The position numbers and the translations under genes are program-made. Below the pieces are notes generated by a model. That model had not been told where the DNA came from and searched no databases. It saw only the letters and a program-made list of their open reading frames with translations. A stretch of DNA of 64,000 nt from Polyangiaceae bacterium. GTDB lineage: Bacteria > Myxococcota_A > Polyangia > Polyangiales > Polyangiaceae. The DNA is taken from the NCBI GenBank assembly GCA_965222375.1, contig CBDCTZ010000016.1, forward strand, positions 3,392,001 to 3,456,000. Direction: 5' to 3'. Within the stretch, counting starts at the first letter, position 1. Every line of letters starts with the position of its first letter. This document shows, one piece after another, positions 26,360 to 36,185 of the stretch.

Positions 26360-28102
26360 CTAAAAGGGATTCTCCGGGATATCGAGCTTTGGAGGCTTTT
26401 TGGGCTTCGTCGGCTTGTCCTCCCTGGAGGTCGACGCCGGGGAGGACCCGGACGTCGAGGTCGATGTTTTCACTGGAGCTGGCTCGTCCAGCTTTGCCAG
26501 CATCACCTCGAGTACGTCGGGGGTGTCAGCATCCAAACGCAAGGTGTCCGTGTGGTAGCCGACCGCGCTCGCCTTCAGCATGGAAAACTTGCCTGCCGGC
26601 GGTCGCGGTACTTTCGGTTCTGCGCCAACCAACCGCTTGCCATCCAGCTCGAACGCGACGCGCCCCTTTGGGCTGACGGTTCGAATTATGATGTCGGATT
26701 TCTGGGGGGCTGCCGGTGCCGGTTTGGTTTCTTTCGCCGGCTTGGCCGGGGTCGCAACCGGTGGCGGCGCGACCGCGGCCGGTGCTGGCGGCGGGGGGCT
26801 GTCCTTGCTGGAACGCAGCAAGAAAATGCCAGCGCCGCCCACGGCGAAAACCAAGACGCCGATGCCTATGCCAAATAGTGCGGTGCGGGCAGTGGTGTCT
26901 TGTTGCCGTGCCGGTGGTGGGTGCGGGTACGCGTAGGGCGCCGCTGGAGGCGTGAAAGAGCCGCTGGGCGTCACCAGAGGCTGCACGCTGCGAATGGCGC
27001 TTGCGCTGGGGTTGGAGATTTTGGAGCTGGAAGCCTCGGCTGGCTGGCTGAAGGGCGCTTCGGGAACCTGTGCGCTGTTGCGAGTTCGTTCCCGAATGAG
27101 CGAGGTGCGTTCGTCCACGACGCCGCCCACCCGCTCTCGGGCTAGCTCGGCGACCTGGGTTTCCGTCACGACCGAACCCGAACGAGCCAGATACTCCTCT
27201 AGCGCCCGACGCATGTCGTTGGCTGTGGGATAACGCTCCTCCGGGTCGATACTCATGGCCTTGAGTACGATGGCCTCGAGCTCGGGCGGGTATCCTGGCG
27301 CGACAGATCGGGGCGGAGCGAACTTCCCGGCGAGAAGGGCCTGGAGCGTCGCGACTTGGCTCTCTCCGGAGAATGGCCGGGAGCCAGTCGTGACCTCGTA
27401 AAGGCAGATCCCGAGTGCGAAAACGTCGCTCCGGCGGTCTAGCTTTGCGCCTCCTGCCTGCTCCGGCGCCATGTAGGCGGCTTTGCCTTTGATCTGTCCG
27501 GCGGCCGTAGCTTCGTGGCTACTCCCCAACGCTTTCGCTACGCCAAAGTCCGTCACCTTCACGGTGCCACCGACGCTCACCAAGATGTTCTGAGGTGACA
27601 CATCTCGGTGGACCACGTTCAGAAGTTCGCCGTGTTCGTCTTTCTGCTGGTGCGCAGCGTGCAACCCAGCTGCGGCGTCCGCGATGATGCGAGCCGCCAC
27701 TCGGAACTCCAGGGGGTTGGCGCCGCCCCTTTGGCCTCCTCGCCGCGCGGGTTTGAAGATACGAGCCAGACTCTCGCCATTGACCCATTCCATGGCGATG
27801 TACAGAACGCCGTGGTCTTCGCCAAGATCGAAGATCTCGCAGACATTGGGGTGATGGACGCCGGCGGCAACCCGCGCTTCGTCCAAGAACATCGCCTCGA
27901 AATCTGGGTCACTCGCCAGCGCCGGCAAGATGGTCTTGATCGCGACAACCTTGGAGAAGCCCCGCTGACCATGCTGTTTTGCAGCCCAGACGCGTGCCAT
28001 GCCGCCTTCGGCGATGCCGAGCAGGACTTCGTAACGCCCAAGGCGCACGCCCGGGCGAACCTCGAAGTTGCCAGCAAATCCAGCCTCCAAAGCCGTCATC
28101 AA
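26360..28102 (-). CDS. Transmembrane Ser/Thr protein kinase
   Basis: AEGGMA, VAIK, HRDVSPQN, DFG, GKAAYMAPE; one TM helix; C-terminal ENPF. Confidence 0.92.
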   Translation of the reverse strand: MMTALEAGFAGNFEVRPGVRLGRYEVLLGIAEGGMARVWAAKQHGQRGFSKVVAIKTILPALASDPDFEAMFLDEARVAAGVHHPNVCEIFDLGEDHGVLYIAMEWVNGESLARIFKPARRGGQRGGANPLEFRVAARIIADAAAGLHAAHQQKDEHGELLNVVHRDVSPQNILVSVGGTVKVTDFGVAKALGSSHEATAAGQIKGKAAYMAPEQAGGAKLDRRSDVFALGICLYEVTTGSRPFSGESQVATLQALLAGKFAPPRSVAPGYPPELEAIVLKAMSIDPEERYPTANDMRRALEEYLARSGSVVTETQVAELARERVGGVVDERTSLIRERTRNSAQVPEAPFSQPAEASSSKISNPSASAIRSVQPLVTPSGSFTPPAAPYAYPHPPPARQQDTTARTALFGIGIGVLVFAVGGAGIFLLRSSKDSPPPPAPAAVAPPPVATPAKPAKETKPAPAAPQKSDIIIRTVSPKGRVAFELDGKRLVGAEPKVPRPPAGKFSMLKASAVGYHTDTLRLDADTPDVLEVMLAKLDEPAPVKTSTSTSGSSPASTSREDKPTKPKKPPKLDIPENPF

Positions 28103-28201
28103 GTACCTTTCGGCAGTATATCAGCCCAGCGGCGAAGGGCAGGCATGACCTTCCGTCACACGCTGCGACCTTTCCTTACACTGCGTTTCCTGGGCTTTTT
28201 C

Positions 28202-28435
28202 CTACATGCTGCTCTGAGCTCCGGAGGCCCGCGCCATCACCACGCGATTCCCGTACGCCGGAGGCGGGGCAATCAGCTTGGGTGCGGTGTCATCCGGAGT
28301 GCTGCCGGGGCGAATCTCCGTGCTCGGAGGGGTAACCCGTGGCGGTGGCGATGCGGGCTGTATTGCCGCGCTACCGCCGCAGCCTGTGGCGAGCGAAAAT
28401 GCAAGAGCCGCGCTGAAAAAAAATTTTCGGCTCAT
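28202..28435 (-). CDS. Tiny Pro-rich lipoprotein with PPPAYGNRVV motif
   Basis: Basic N-terminus, hydrophobic core, lipobox ATGC; AT-rich upstream region. Confidence 0.55.
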   Translation of the reverse strand: MSRKFFFSAALAFSLATGCGGSAAIQPASPPPRVTPPSTEIRPGSTPDDTAPKLIAPPPAYGNRVVMARASGAQSSM

Positions 28436-28595
28436 ATTCTAAATATGACACCGAATCGAGATTTCGCCACTGCTTGACGGGGTTTTTCCGTGTCAAAAGG
28501 GGGCTCCGCAACGCTGGCTGCTCGCTTCGATTTGGACACGAGCCCGCGCACGAGTCGCTCAACAAGCGGCGTGAAGTTTTGCTAGGGTCCGTCGC

Positions 28596-29177
28596 GTGGA
28601 TCGGGGGACGCATGTCTTCTGGGGGATCATTACGGCGCTGGTCATTGCCTCCGCCATTTTCGGCTCGCTTGCAGAAGACCGACGGCGCGCGGCGCAAACC
28701 CGCGGAGGAGATCTGCAAACGGGTGACATGGTTCAGCTCTTCCGCGTGACGGATGGCGACACTCTTGTCGTCCGCACGAAGGACGGGGATGAGGCAGTCG
28801 TGCGGCTCTTGGGTATCAAGTGCTTCGAACCGTCTCGCGGCAAGGATCCCATCGCCAAGTTCGGAAGGGCAGCGATCAAAGCCGTCAAGCGCCGCGTCGG
28901 GGACCAGCCGCTTCGGGTCCTGCTCCATTCCACGCCCAAGGATCGCCACGGTCGCACCATTGCCACGCTGATCATCGGGGAGGACGATCTGGCCCGGTAC
29001 CTGATCAGCCAGGGGCATGCACTGGTTTATCCGGTCTACCCCTTCCCGACGATGCCCGTCTATCTGGACGCGCAGTCCAAGGCCCGCGATCAGGGCAACG
29101 GGCTGTGGGCAGATGATGCCGCCAGCCGACGTGCCGACGTGCTGTTGGCCGACTGGGGAAAGCGGGCAGCAGAATGA
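28596..29177 (+). CDS. Thermonuclease (SNase)-like protein, membrane-anchored
   Basis: VTDGDT, VRLLGI, DRHGRTIA, L..GHA, GLW. Confidence 0.8.
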   Translation: MDRGTHVFWGIITALVIASAIFGSLAEDRRRAAQTRGGDLQTGDMVQLFRVTDGDTLVVRTKDGDEAVVRLLGIKCFEPSRGKDPIAKFGRAAIKAVKRRVGDQPLRVLLHSTPKDRHGRTIATLIIGEDDLARYLISQGHALVYPVYPFPTMPVYLDAQSKARDQGNGLWADDAASRRADVLLADWGKRAAE

Positions 29178-30217
29178 TCGCAGTGCTGTTTCGCTTCTTC
29201 AAGCGACGGATTCTCAAGAATCCGGCGGCGCCCTTGCGCGTCGCGGTACTGCTACTGGCCGTGCTCTCCTACGGCACGACGGGCTTTCTCTATTACGAGT
29301 TGGAGGTCAATCCGGACCTCGGCTGGCAAGATGCCATCTGGTACGCCGTCGTGACCATGACGACCGTCGGCTACGGCGACTTCTACCCCCAGACCGTGGG
29401 CGGGCGGTTCGTAGTCGCGGTACCGCTGATGTTCTTCGGCATCGGCCTGCTTGGCTATGTGCTGTCAGTTGCGGCCAGCTTGTTGGTGCAGGCCAAGACC
29501 AAGGAGTTTCGTGGAATGAGCACGCACAAGTTGAACAAGCACCTCGTGGTCATCAACTACCCTGGGCTGGCTCGCATGGAGCGCTTGCTGGCGGAGCTGG
29601 AAGGAGACCCAGAATTTGGCCAGCGGGAAATCGTTTTGGTGGACGAAGACCTGGAAGAGTTGCCTCCAGAGTTGCTCAAGCTCGACGTTGCCTACGTGCG
29701 AGGCAATCCGACTCGAGATGAGACCTTGACTCGTGCGAGCCTAGACAAAGCGACCTATGCGGTCGTGTTCAGCAAGACGCCCGGGGATGCACATTCCGAC
29801 GACCTCAACCTCGCAGTGACTTTGGCGATCGAAGCGCGTTCCAATGCCGTCTATACCGTCGTCGAGTGCGTGGACTACACGACCCAAGAGTTGCTCCGAA
29901 AAGCCGGCTGCGACCGGATCGTGTGCACTTCACGTTTCTCAGCCCACTTCCTAAGCCATGAGCTTCTCAATCCCGGGGTCCAGGAGGTCGTGGAGGAGCT
30001 CACCACTAACTTGCACGGCCAGCAGATCTACGTCACCGCCTACCGTGGCAAGCCCCGCCAGGCCTCGGACATCAGCAAGATCTGCATCGAAGCCGGGCAT
30101 CTGCTGATTGGTCTCCGGCACGGACAGGACACCAGCTTGAATCCGGCCTCGGATCTGGCAGTCGAGGACGGTGACTCTGTGATCAGCATCGGAAAAGCGC
30201 GCCTGTCCCTGGGCTGA
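29174..30217 (+). CDS. Two-TM potassium channel with RCK (TrkA-N) domain
   Basis: Filter TMTTVGYGD followed by a Rossmann RCK domain. Confidence 0.9.
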   Translation: MIAVLFRFFKRRILKNPAAPLRVAVLLLAVLSYGTTGFLYYELEVNPDLGWQDAIWYAVVTMTTVGYGDFYPQTVGGRFVVAVPLMFFGIGLLGYVLSVAASLLVQAKTKEFRGMSTHKLNKHLVVINYPGLARMERLLAELEGDPEFGQREIVLVDEDLEELPPELLKLDVAYVRGNPTRDETLTRASLDKATYAVVFSKTPGDAHSDDLNLAVTLAIEARSNAVYTVVECVDYTTQELLRKAGCDRIVCTSRFSAHFLSHELLNPGVQEVVEELTTNLHGQQIYVTAYRGKPRQASDISKICIEAGHLLIGLRHGQDTSLNPASDLAVEDGDSVISIGKARLSLG

Positions 30218-30278
30218 GTCGCGGTCTTTTTTCGCTGCGTGAATTGCACTTTGTCGAGCTCCGCCTGATGCTCCTTTC

Positions 30279-32003
30279 GTGATTCGATTCTTCATTGCTC
30301 TGGTTGCCAACGCGTTTCGACTACTCCTGCTGCCCTTGATGTGGCTGCGGCGGGTTCGAGCGGTGCCGCAGGGCGGCTGGGTTTGGCTGCGGATCGACGG
30401 GCCGGTGGTGGAGCTAGGGAGAAAACCCCGCCGTTGGGACCGGCGCACGCGCGCATTGTCGCTGCACAGTCTGCGCCAAGATCTGAAGCTTGTCGCCGCG
30501 GATGTCCGCGTTCAGGGGCTCGTGGTGAGCATCGACTCTATGGATGCCGGAACAGCAACCGCGGAGTCCTTGCGTGAGGTGCTCGCCGGGTTCAAGGCCA
30601 GCGGCAAGTCGCTGTGCGTGTACCTCCCCCGTGGAGGCGCGGCAAAGACGTTCTTTGTGGCTAGCATCGCTGACCGCCTCTTCCTCGGTACCGAGGCGCT
30701 GGCCGAACCATCGGGCTATGCGGTGACCACGCCCTACGTCGCTGGATTTCTCGATCGCGCTGGTATCGATCGAGAGGTGATTGCCCGTGGCCGCTACAAG
30801 ACCATGGCGGAACCGACGGTGCGGGAAAACATGAGCGAAGCCCAACGCGAACAAGTGGGCGCGTATCTGGACGCGGTTCACGACAACTTGGTGTCCGCCC
30901 TCTCCGAAGGCCGGGGCCTCGAGCCGCACCAGGTTTGTGAGATCATCGACGAAGGGCTGCTCACGGCTGAAGAAGCCAAGCAGCGAGGCTTGTGCGATGC
31001 CGTGCTGCACCCGGATGAGGTGGCCACCACTCTGGATCCCGATCGTGCGGACGGCGCGGTGATGGTGGAGCTCAAGTCCTACGTTGCTCGGCGGCGCATT
31101 CGATTCCGCCCGCTGCTGAGAAAGCCGACCCTCGCGGTCCTGCCCCTTCAGGGGCCGATCGTCGAGAAGTCTCCGTCACCCTTCTTCCCTGCGGCCGAAG
31201 AGCGGACGATCGTCGAGCGCTGCCGCGAGCTATGGGCGGACGATAGCGTGCCCGGTGTGCTGTTGGCGGTGAATACGGGAGGCGGGGGTGCCCTCGCGTC
31301 GGAGCGCATCCGACGTGCCCTCACCCGACTTGCCGACAGGAAGCCGGTCGTAGCCTATCTGGCGAATATCGCCGCGAGTGGCGGGTACTTGGCGGCCGTA
31401 GCGGCGCCAACCATCGTTGCACGGAAGACGACATTGACCGGGTCGATTGGAGTGATCGCTGCACGTCTGACTCCCGCGCCCCTGCTTCGGCGTCTGAATG
31501 TCAGCGTAGAAGTCGAGAAACGAGGCGCCCGTGCGGACATCCACAGCGGTGCGCGTGTGCTCGACCCTGGTGAGCGAGAGCGCTTCGACAGCTATGTGGA
31601 CGCTTCCTACGACTCTTTCCTGCGCGCGGTGGCCGATGGCCGCCGCATGGACGTCGAGGCGGTCCATGAAGTCGCGCAGGGCCGGGTGTGGAGTGGCAGT
31701 GATGCGCTCGCTCGGGGGCTAGTCGACAAGCTGGGTGGCTTTCAGACGGCGCTGGAGACCCTCCGAGCGGCCGTCGGACCCAAAGCGGTACGGTTCGAAC
31801 CGAAAGTTGTGCCTCTCGAGGGTGCTGGTGGAGCGCTGGCCTCACTATTTACCCGCTACGCGATGCCCTGGGTGCTGTCGCCTCTGGCACGGGGGTTGCT
31901 CGGTTCTGAATCGCACTGGTTACTGCCTGCCCTTGCAAAAGAGCGAGCACTCGCGGCCGCCACGTGGGCGCCGGCGGACGCCCACGCGGCTTTTGACGCC
32001 TGA
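30279..32003 (+). CDS. sppA: Signal peptide peptidase SppA (S49, two-domain)
   Basis: GRYK, AASGGY, TGSIGV, AQGRVWSG, GLVDKLG. Confidence 0.85.
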   Translation: MIRFFIALVANAFRLLLLPLMWLRRVRAVPQGGWVWLRIDGPVVELGRKPRRWDRRTRALSLHSLRQDLKLVAADVRVQGLVVSIDSMDAGTATAESLREVLAGFKASGKSLCVYLPRGGAAKTFFVASIADRLFLGTEALAEPSGYAVTTPYVAGFLDRAGIDREVIARGRYKTMAEPTVRENMSEAQREQVGAYLDAVHDNLVSALSEGRGLEPHQVCEIIDEGLLTAEEAKQRGLCDAVLHPDEVATTLDPDRADGAVMVELKSYVARRRIRFRPLLRKPTLAVLPLQGPIVEKSPSPFFPAAEERTIVERCRELWADDSVPGVLLAVNTGGGGALASERIRRALTRLADRKPVVAYLANIAASGGYLAAVAAPTIVARKTTLTGSIGVIAARLTPAPLLRRLNVSVEVEKRGARADIHSGARVLDPGERERFDSYVDASYDSFLRAVADGRRMDVEAVHEVAQGRVWSGSDALARGLVDKLGGFQTALETLRAAVGPKAVRFEPKVVPLEGAGGALASLFTRYAMPWVLSPLARGLLGSESHWLLPALAKERALAAATWAPADAHAAFDA

Positions 32004-32005
32004 GT

Positions 32006-33337
32006 TCACCGCACCAGCGCACACCCGGCCACGAAACCGTGATTCTTGAGCCAAGGATCCGTGGTCAGGGACGTGGATGATTCTGCGGAGACGTTGAAAC
32101 GCTGCACATCGGCGCTGCTGCCGCCGTCTAGCATGGTGATCTGCACGCCCAGCAAGCTCTGGGCATCCTCGACGATCGCGCCGCCAGGCACGCCGCTTAG
32201 ATCGCCTCCAAGGGATGAACTCGCAGTCGACCACGTCGTCCATAGCTCGGAGAAGGCCGCGTCGAATCGATTGATGACGACTTCGCTGCTGGACAGCAGC
32301 AATAGCCTGCTCAGAAAGTCTCCGCTGGTTGGGCTGAGTAGTGGCGATACGGCTAGGGACTGGAGCACCACTTCTTCGACGCCGTAGCCCTGGCGTACGG
32401 TTGCGCCATCAGCACCAGCGAAACAACCTGCACTGAGAATCAGCAGGCGGCCGGACGTTTCGTCGAGTGCCATGTCCACAGGATTGGCCATCGTCAATGC
32501 CAGGCCTTCCCCAGGAGCAGCGCCGTTCAGATCGGCGATTGTGCCGGTCTTGACGTCAAGAGCCATGAGTAGGGCCGTTTCGGTTGGACATGCAAGCTGG
32601 AAGCTCGGGGGCACAATGGTGGTGCGGTCGGTGCGAGCCAAGGTGAAGTAGAGCCGACCCGTGGCTTGATGAAAGACCGGGGTGTCCGCATCCACGGCGC
32701 CGTCCCCGTCACTGTTCGCAAGATAGCTGCTCAAGTCCAGAGTCGTGTCGACGCTACCCTTGGCGAGATCCAACCTAGCGAGGCGGTTGGAATCGTACGG
32801 GAACACCCACGCTTGGTCTGGCGCCACCACGGAGATGGCGATGGGATTGGTCGGGCTGGTTCCCGTTTCACCGAGCGCTGCCCGATCGACGCTAATCTTC
32901 TGATCCTGGTTGCCCGCGCTGTCCAGGCTGATGACGTCGCTGGTCGTCCGCGATAGCACGAACCCTCGGCCTCCACTTGCCGCCGGAACCGCGTCGCCGT
33001 CCGCAAGGCTGACCCTCCCGGTGACGGTCAGCGTGTCCAGAGCCAGCGCAGTGACCTCCGTCTCGCTGAAGAAGTCCGTGCCTCCGACGAGAAGAGTGCC
33101 CTTACTCTTGGCGGCGTCTGTGCCCGCGTCACCCCCGCTTCCTGCCGACCCGGATGCCCCGGCCGATCCTGAGCTCCCACTGGCCCCGCTGCTGCCACTG
33201 CTGCCGGCGCCGCCATCGATGGAGCCCCCACTGCCGCCGGCGCCTCCACTTGCGGAGCCCACGGGTTCATCTTCTCCGCAGCCTGCTGCGCACGCCAGAA
33301 GGGTGATTGCGGCTAGAGCCGCTGATGTCGTCTTCAT
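32006..33337 (-). CDS. Cobalamin-riboswitch-controlled beta-propeller-like lipoprotein
   Basis: Lipobox AAGC, Gly/Ser linker, repeated NP..(I/M) blades; directly downstream of the riboswitch; alternative start GTG 33361. Confidence 0.75.
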   Translation of the reverse strand: MKTTSAALAAITLLACAAGCGEDEPVGSASGGAGGSGGSIDGGAGSSGSSGASGSSGSAGASGSAGSGGDAGTDAAKSKGTLLVGGTDFFSETEVTALALDTLTVTGRVSLADGDAVPAASGGRGFVLSRTTSDVISLDSAGNQDQKISVDRAALGETGTSPTNPIAISVVAPDQAWVFPYDSNRLARLDLAKGSVDTTLDLSSYLANSDGDGAVDADTPVFHQATGRLYFTLARTDRTTIVPPSFQLACPTETALLMALDVKTGTIADLNGAAPGEGLALTMANPVDMALDETSGRLLILSAGCFAGADGATVRQGYGVEEVVLQSLAVSPLLSPTSGDFLSRLLLLSSSEVVINRFDAAFSELWTTWSTASSSLGGDLSGVPGGAIVEDAQSLLGVQITMLDGGSSADVQRFNVSAESSTSLTTDPWLKNHGFVAGCALVR

Positions 33338-33494
33338 GAAGGTCCTCGAGTCTGCGGACACGTCCCCGGTCCGCGAAAGGAGTCCCGATGGGCAATGGCG
33401 ACGAGGTGCGGCAGTATTGCCGAAACCCGACGCCCCGGCACCCCGCGGAGCTCTGCTCAGGTGCGCGCTCCTTTCCTGGGAGCACGCCGCGCGA

Positions 33495-33665
33495 GGTAGG
33501 TTTCCTGGCTACCGGATCTGCCTCCAGCGAGCCCTTCCCAGGCACTCTGCCCAGTGGATTTGCTCGCCTTTGTCCCCGGTTACAGTGGCGGGGGCCGCGC
33601 CGGATTCTCACCGGCTTCCCATTTCCTCGACGCCATTCCGCAAGATTTCCCGCGGAACGAGGGTT
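33495..33665 (-). ncRNA. Cobalamin (B12) riboswitch
   Basis: Minus strand reads AATGGGAA-GCCGGTGAGAATCCGGCGCGGCCCCCGCCACTGTAA...CCACTGG...GGGAAGG...AGCCAGGAAACCT (B12 box); ends approximate. Confidence 0.92.
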
Positions 33666-33784
33666 GGCTAACATACTGATAAGCAGCGCGTCTAGGGGTT
33701 TGTCCGGCTCGTTGCCCGGATCGGCAACGCTCCGATTGCAGGCGAGCCCCAAATCGAGGACGCTTACGCGGCTTACGACTCCCG

Positions 33785-35479
33785 ATGGCTAACTCTCCGC
33801 GAAATGCTCCGCCGCTCACCCAAGGGATGGTGGTCAACGAGCGCTACGAGATCCGTCAAAGCCTGGGCAAGGGCGGGATGGGAGAAGTTTTCCTTGCGTA
33901 CGATCGCAGCACTCAGCAACCAGTCGCCTTGAAGATCGTGCGCGAGGAATCGCGCATGCCCGGCGACGATGAAGCGTTGCGCCAAGAGTTGCTGCTCGCG
34001 CGTTCCGTCGGCCACCCGAACGTTTGTCGCGTACACGACCTAGCTCCAAGCACTTGGGGGCCCATCCTGGTGATGGAGCACATCGCCGGGCAGACCCTGC
34101 ACACCCATATTCGGCGGCGGAAGGCGCAGGGCGGCTACACCGCCGATGAATTCCGAAAAATCGCCAGCGAAGCTGCCGCAGGCCTTGCCGCAATTCATGC
34201 GCAGGGCCTCGTGCACGGTGACCTCAAGCCCGGCAACGTGATGGTCACCAACGACCGCGCAATCATTCTAGATTTTGGTTTCGCTCAGGAGCGCGCACGA
34301 ATATCCGCTCGGCGCCCGGGGTCGCCACCAGATGGCGGCACTCCCAACTACATGGCGCCCGAGCGGCTCCGTTCCGGCGGTGCGAGCATGGAAGACGACA
34401 TGTACGCGCTGGGGCTCACGTTGTGGGAGATGTGGACCTGCCGCGTGCCCGAGCCCGGCTACCGCCCGCGGGCCAAGCCAATGCGCTCTCAGATCATGTT
34501 TGACGTGCCAGCCGGGCTCTCCGTTGACGAGGTGAAGCAAGTTTTTCGCTGCCTTGCAGAGGATATTGCGATGCGTCCTCAAGCGCGGCATCTACGCTTT
34601 TTCAATCCTACCGCGCTGACGACGAGCCAAATATCCATTCCCCGGGAGCGGTTGTCCCCCGGTGCTCCAATGGGGCGGAGTTCCGCCGAGAGCTTCGTGC
34701 CCGGCGCTCAGGCGCTACTCGTCACCTACGCGAGCAACGCTCAGGAGGCGGCGGGTAGCCTGTATCCGTTGGAAAAGCCGGTGTTCGCCCTGGGGCGGCG
34801 CAGCAACCAGGACATCGAATTCCCCGAAGCTACGGTTTCGGGATCCCATGCTGTGCTCCGCTGGCAGTCCGGATCCTGGGTGCTGGAGGACACTGGCAGC
34901 ACCAACGGTACCTACGCGGACCATAGCTACGAGCGCAAGAAGTCAGTTGCCATGCTGCACGGCGGAGAAGTTCAGCTCGGTGAGTGCCGTGTGAAGCTCG
35001 TGAGCTTCCACGATGGCTCCCCGCAGCATCAGCGCGCGAAGGCATACCTGGAACGTCGAGATGGGCTGACCAGCCTGCTGCAGCGCGAGCACTTCCTTCG
35101 TTGGTTGAGGGACGACCTGGCCTTTGCCGAGTGGGATGGCGTGCCAGTGACTGTTGCCCGCTACCACGTGCGCGGGCCCAACCGGCACGTGAGTGATCGA
35201 CCCACGATTCTGGAGATGCTCGCACTTCGCCGCGCTGCGCAACGAGTGATCGAGTTGACGGAGATGCTGCTACTGAGCGTCGTGCCGGTGACGGCTGGCC
35301 GGGTCGGGCCCTTGAAGTTTGCCGTTGCCATGACTGGGCCGACGATAGACGAGGCACGCAATGTGGTGGAACAAGTCGTTAGTCAGGTTCAAGGCCTCAT
35401 GCCTGAGTCCCTGGATCTCGCGGCGACCCTCGTCAAAGCGGAACCGGGCCAGAGCGCCGAGTCGATGCTCGAGGCGTGA
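33785..35479 (+). CDS. Ser/Thr kinase - FHA - degenerate GGDEF-like protein
   Basis: GKGGMG, HGDLKPGN, DFG, APE; FHA LGR...VSGSH...STNGT; DGLTSLL..R with RVGPLKF in place of RxGGDEF. Confidence 0.85.
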   Translation: MANSPRNAPPLTQGMVVNERYEIRQSLGKGGMGEVFLAYDRSTQQPVALKIVREESRMPGDDEALRQELLLARSVGHPNVCRVHDLAPSTWGPILVMEHIAGQTLHTHIRRRKAQGGYTADEFRKIASEAAAGLAAIHAQGLVHGDLKPGNVMVTNDRAIILDFGFAQERARISARRPGSPPDGGTPNYMAPERLRSGGASMEDDMYALGLTLWEMWTCRVPEPGYRPRAKPMRSQIMFDVPAGLSVDEVKQVFRCLAEDIAMRPQARHLRFFNPTALTTSQISIPRERLSPGAPMGRSSAESFVPGAQALLVTYASNAQEAAGSLYPLEKPVFALGRRSNQDIEFPEATVSGSHAVLRWQSGSWVLEDTGSTNGTYADHSYERKKSVAMLHGGEVQLGECRVKLVSFHDGSPQHQRAKAYLERRDGLTSLLQREHFLRWLRDDLAFAEWDGVPVTVARYHVRGPNRHVSDRPTILEMLALRRAAQRVIELTEMLLLSVVPVTAGRVGPLKFAVAMTGPTIDEARNVVEQVVSQVQGLMPESLDLAATLVKAEPGQSAESMLEA

Positions 35480-35501
35480 CTTTCAACCGGCGTAGCCGAT
35501 C

Positions 35502-36185
35502 ATGGCCGGATCCACACGTCCCAGTTTCCCTTCTCCGAGCGAACCGAGCCTGCGTCGCCTCGGCGTTGGCGGTGGCGGTGGGGGCGGCGACCGACCACTG
35601 CGTGCTCAGCTGGTGGTTGCGCTCATGGTGGGGCTGGTGCTTCTGGCGGTCCCCTTGTACCTGTGGCGTCGCCCTAGCGGCACAGAGAACGCACCCAAGG
35701 ACAGCGGTGCGGATGCGGTGGCATCGGGTGCGTCTTCCGTGGCGCTGCCTCCGGGTGTGGCTCCGGGAGATGCGGCATTGCAGGACGCTCGCGTCAAACT
35801 GGGCGCCGTTCAGCGCGTGAAGTGTGCCGCCGCACCGAATACGAGGGGGCAGGACGGCGAGCTCTGCGATCGCTTGGAGGGGCTCGAGAAGGCCCTGGCT
35901 CGTGGAATACGGGACAACGTGGACTGCGCCCCGCGCACGGGCAAAGAGGGCAACATCAACTACGTGCTCAGCGTGGACTTCCGCGCCAAGAAGCTACACG
36001 TGTTTCCCGGCAAAAGCGGACAGTGGCGCGGACCTCAAGCGCGCAAGGCCGCTGAATGCGTCAAGCGCTCCTTGCCCGCACCCCAGTGGGACAAGATCAA
36101 GCACCAATACCGTTACTACCTGATAGCGATCTTGGCGACGTACCCAGCACCGAGCAGTGTGGGAGGAGGTCCGCTCTTCGAATGA
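35502..36185 (+). CDS. Hypothetical single-TM membrane protein
   Basis: One TM helix (LVVALMVGLVLLAVPLYLW) and a 4-Cys outer domain. Confidence 0.7.
   Translation: MAGSTRPSFPSPSEPSLRRLGVGGGGGGGDRPLRAQLVVALMVGLVLLAVPLYLWRRPSGTENAPKDSGADAVASGASSVALPPGVAPGDAALQDARVKLGAVQRVKCAAAPNTRGQDGELCDRLEGLEKALARGIRDNVDCAPRTGKEGNINYVLSVDFRAKKLHVFPGKSGQWRGPQARKAAECVKRSLPAPQWDKIKHQYRYYLIAILATYPAPSSVGGGPLFE

Noticed and set aside
33267..33792. ORFs spanning the riboswitch region
   Set aside because: No motifs; the region is explained by the riboswitch and divergent promoters
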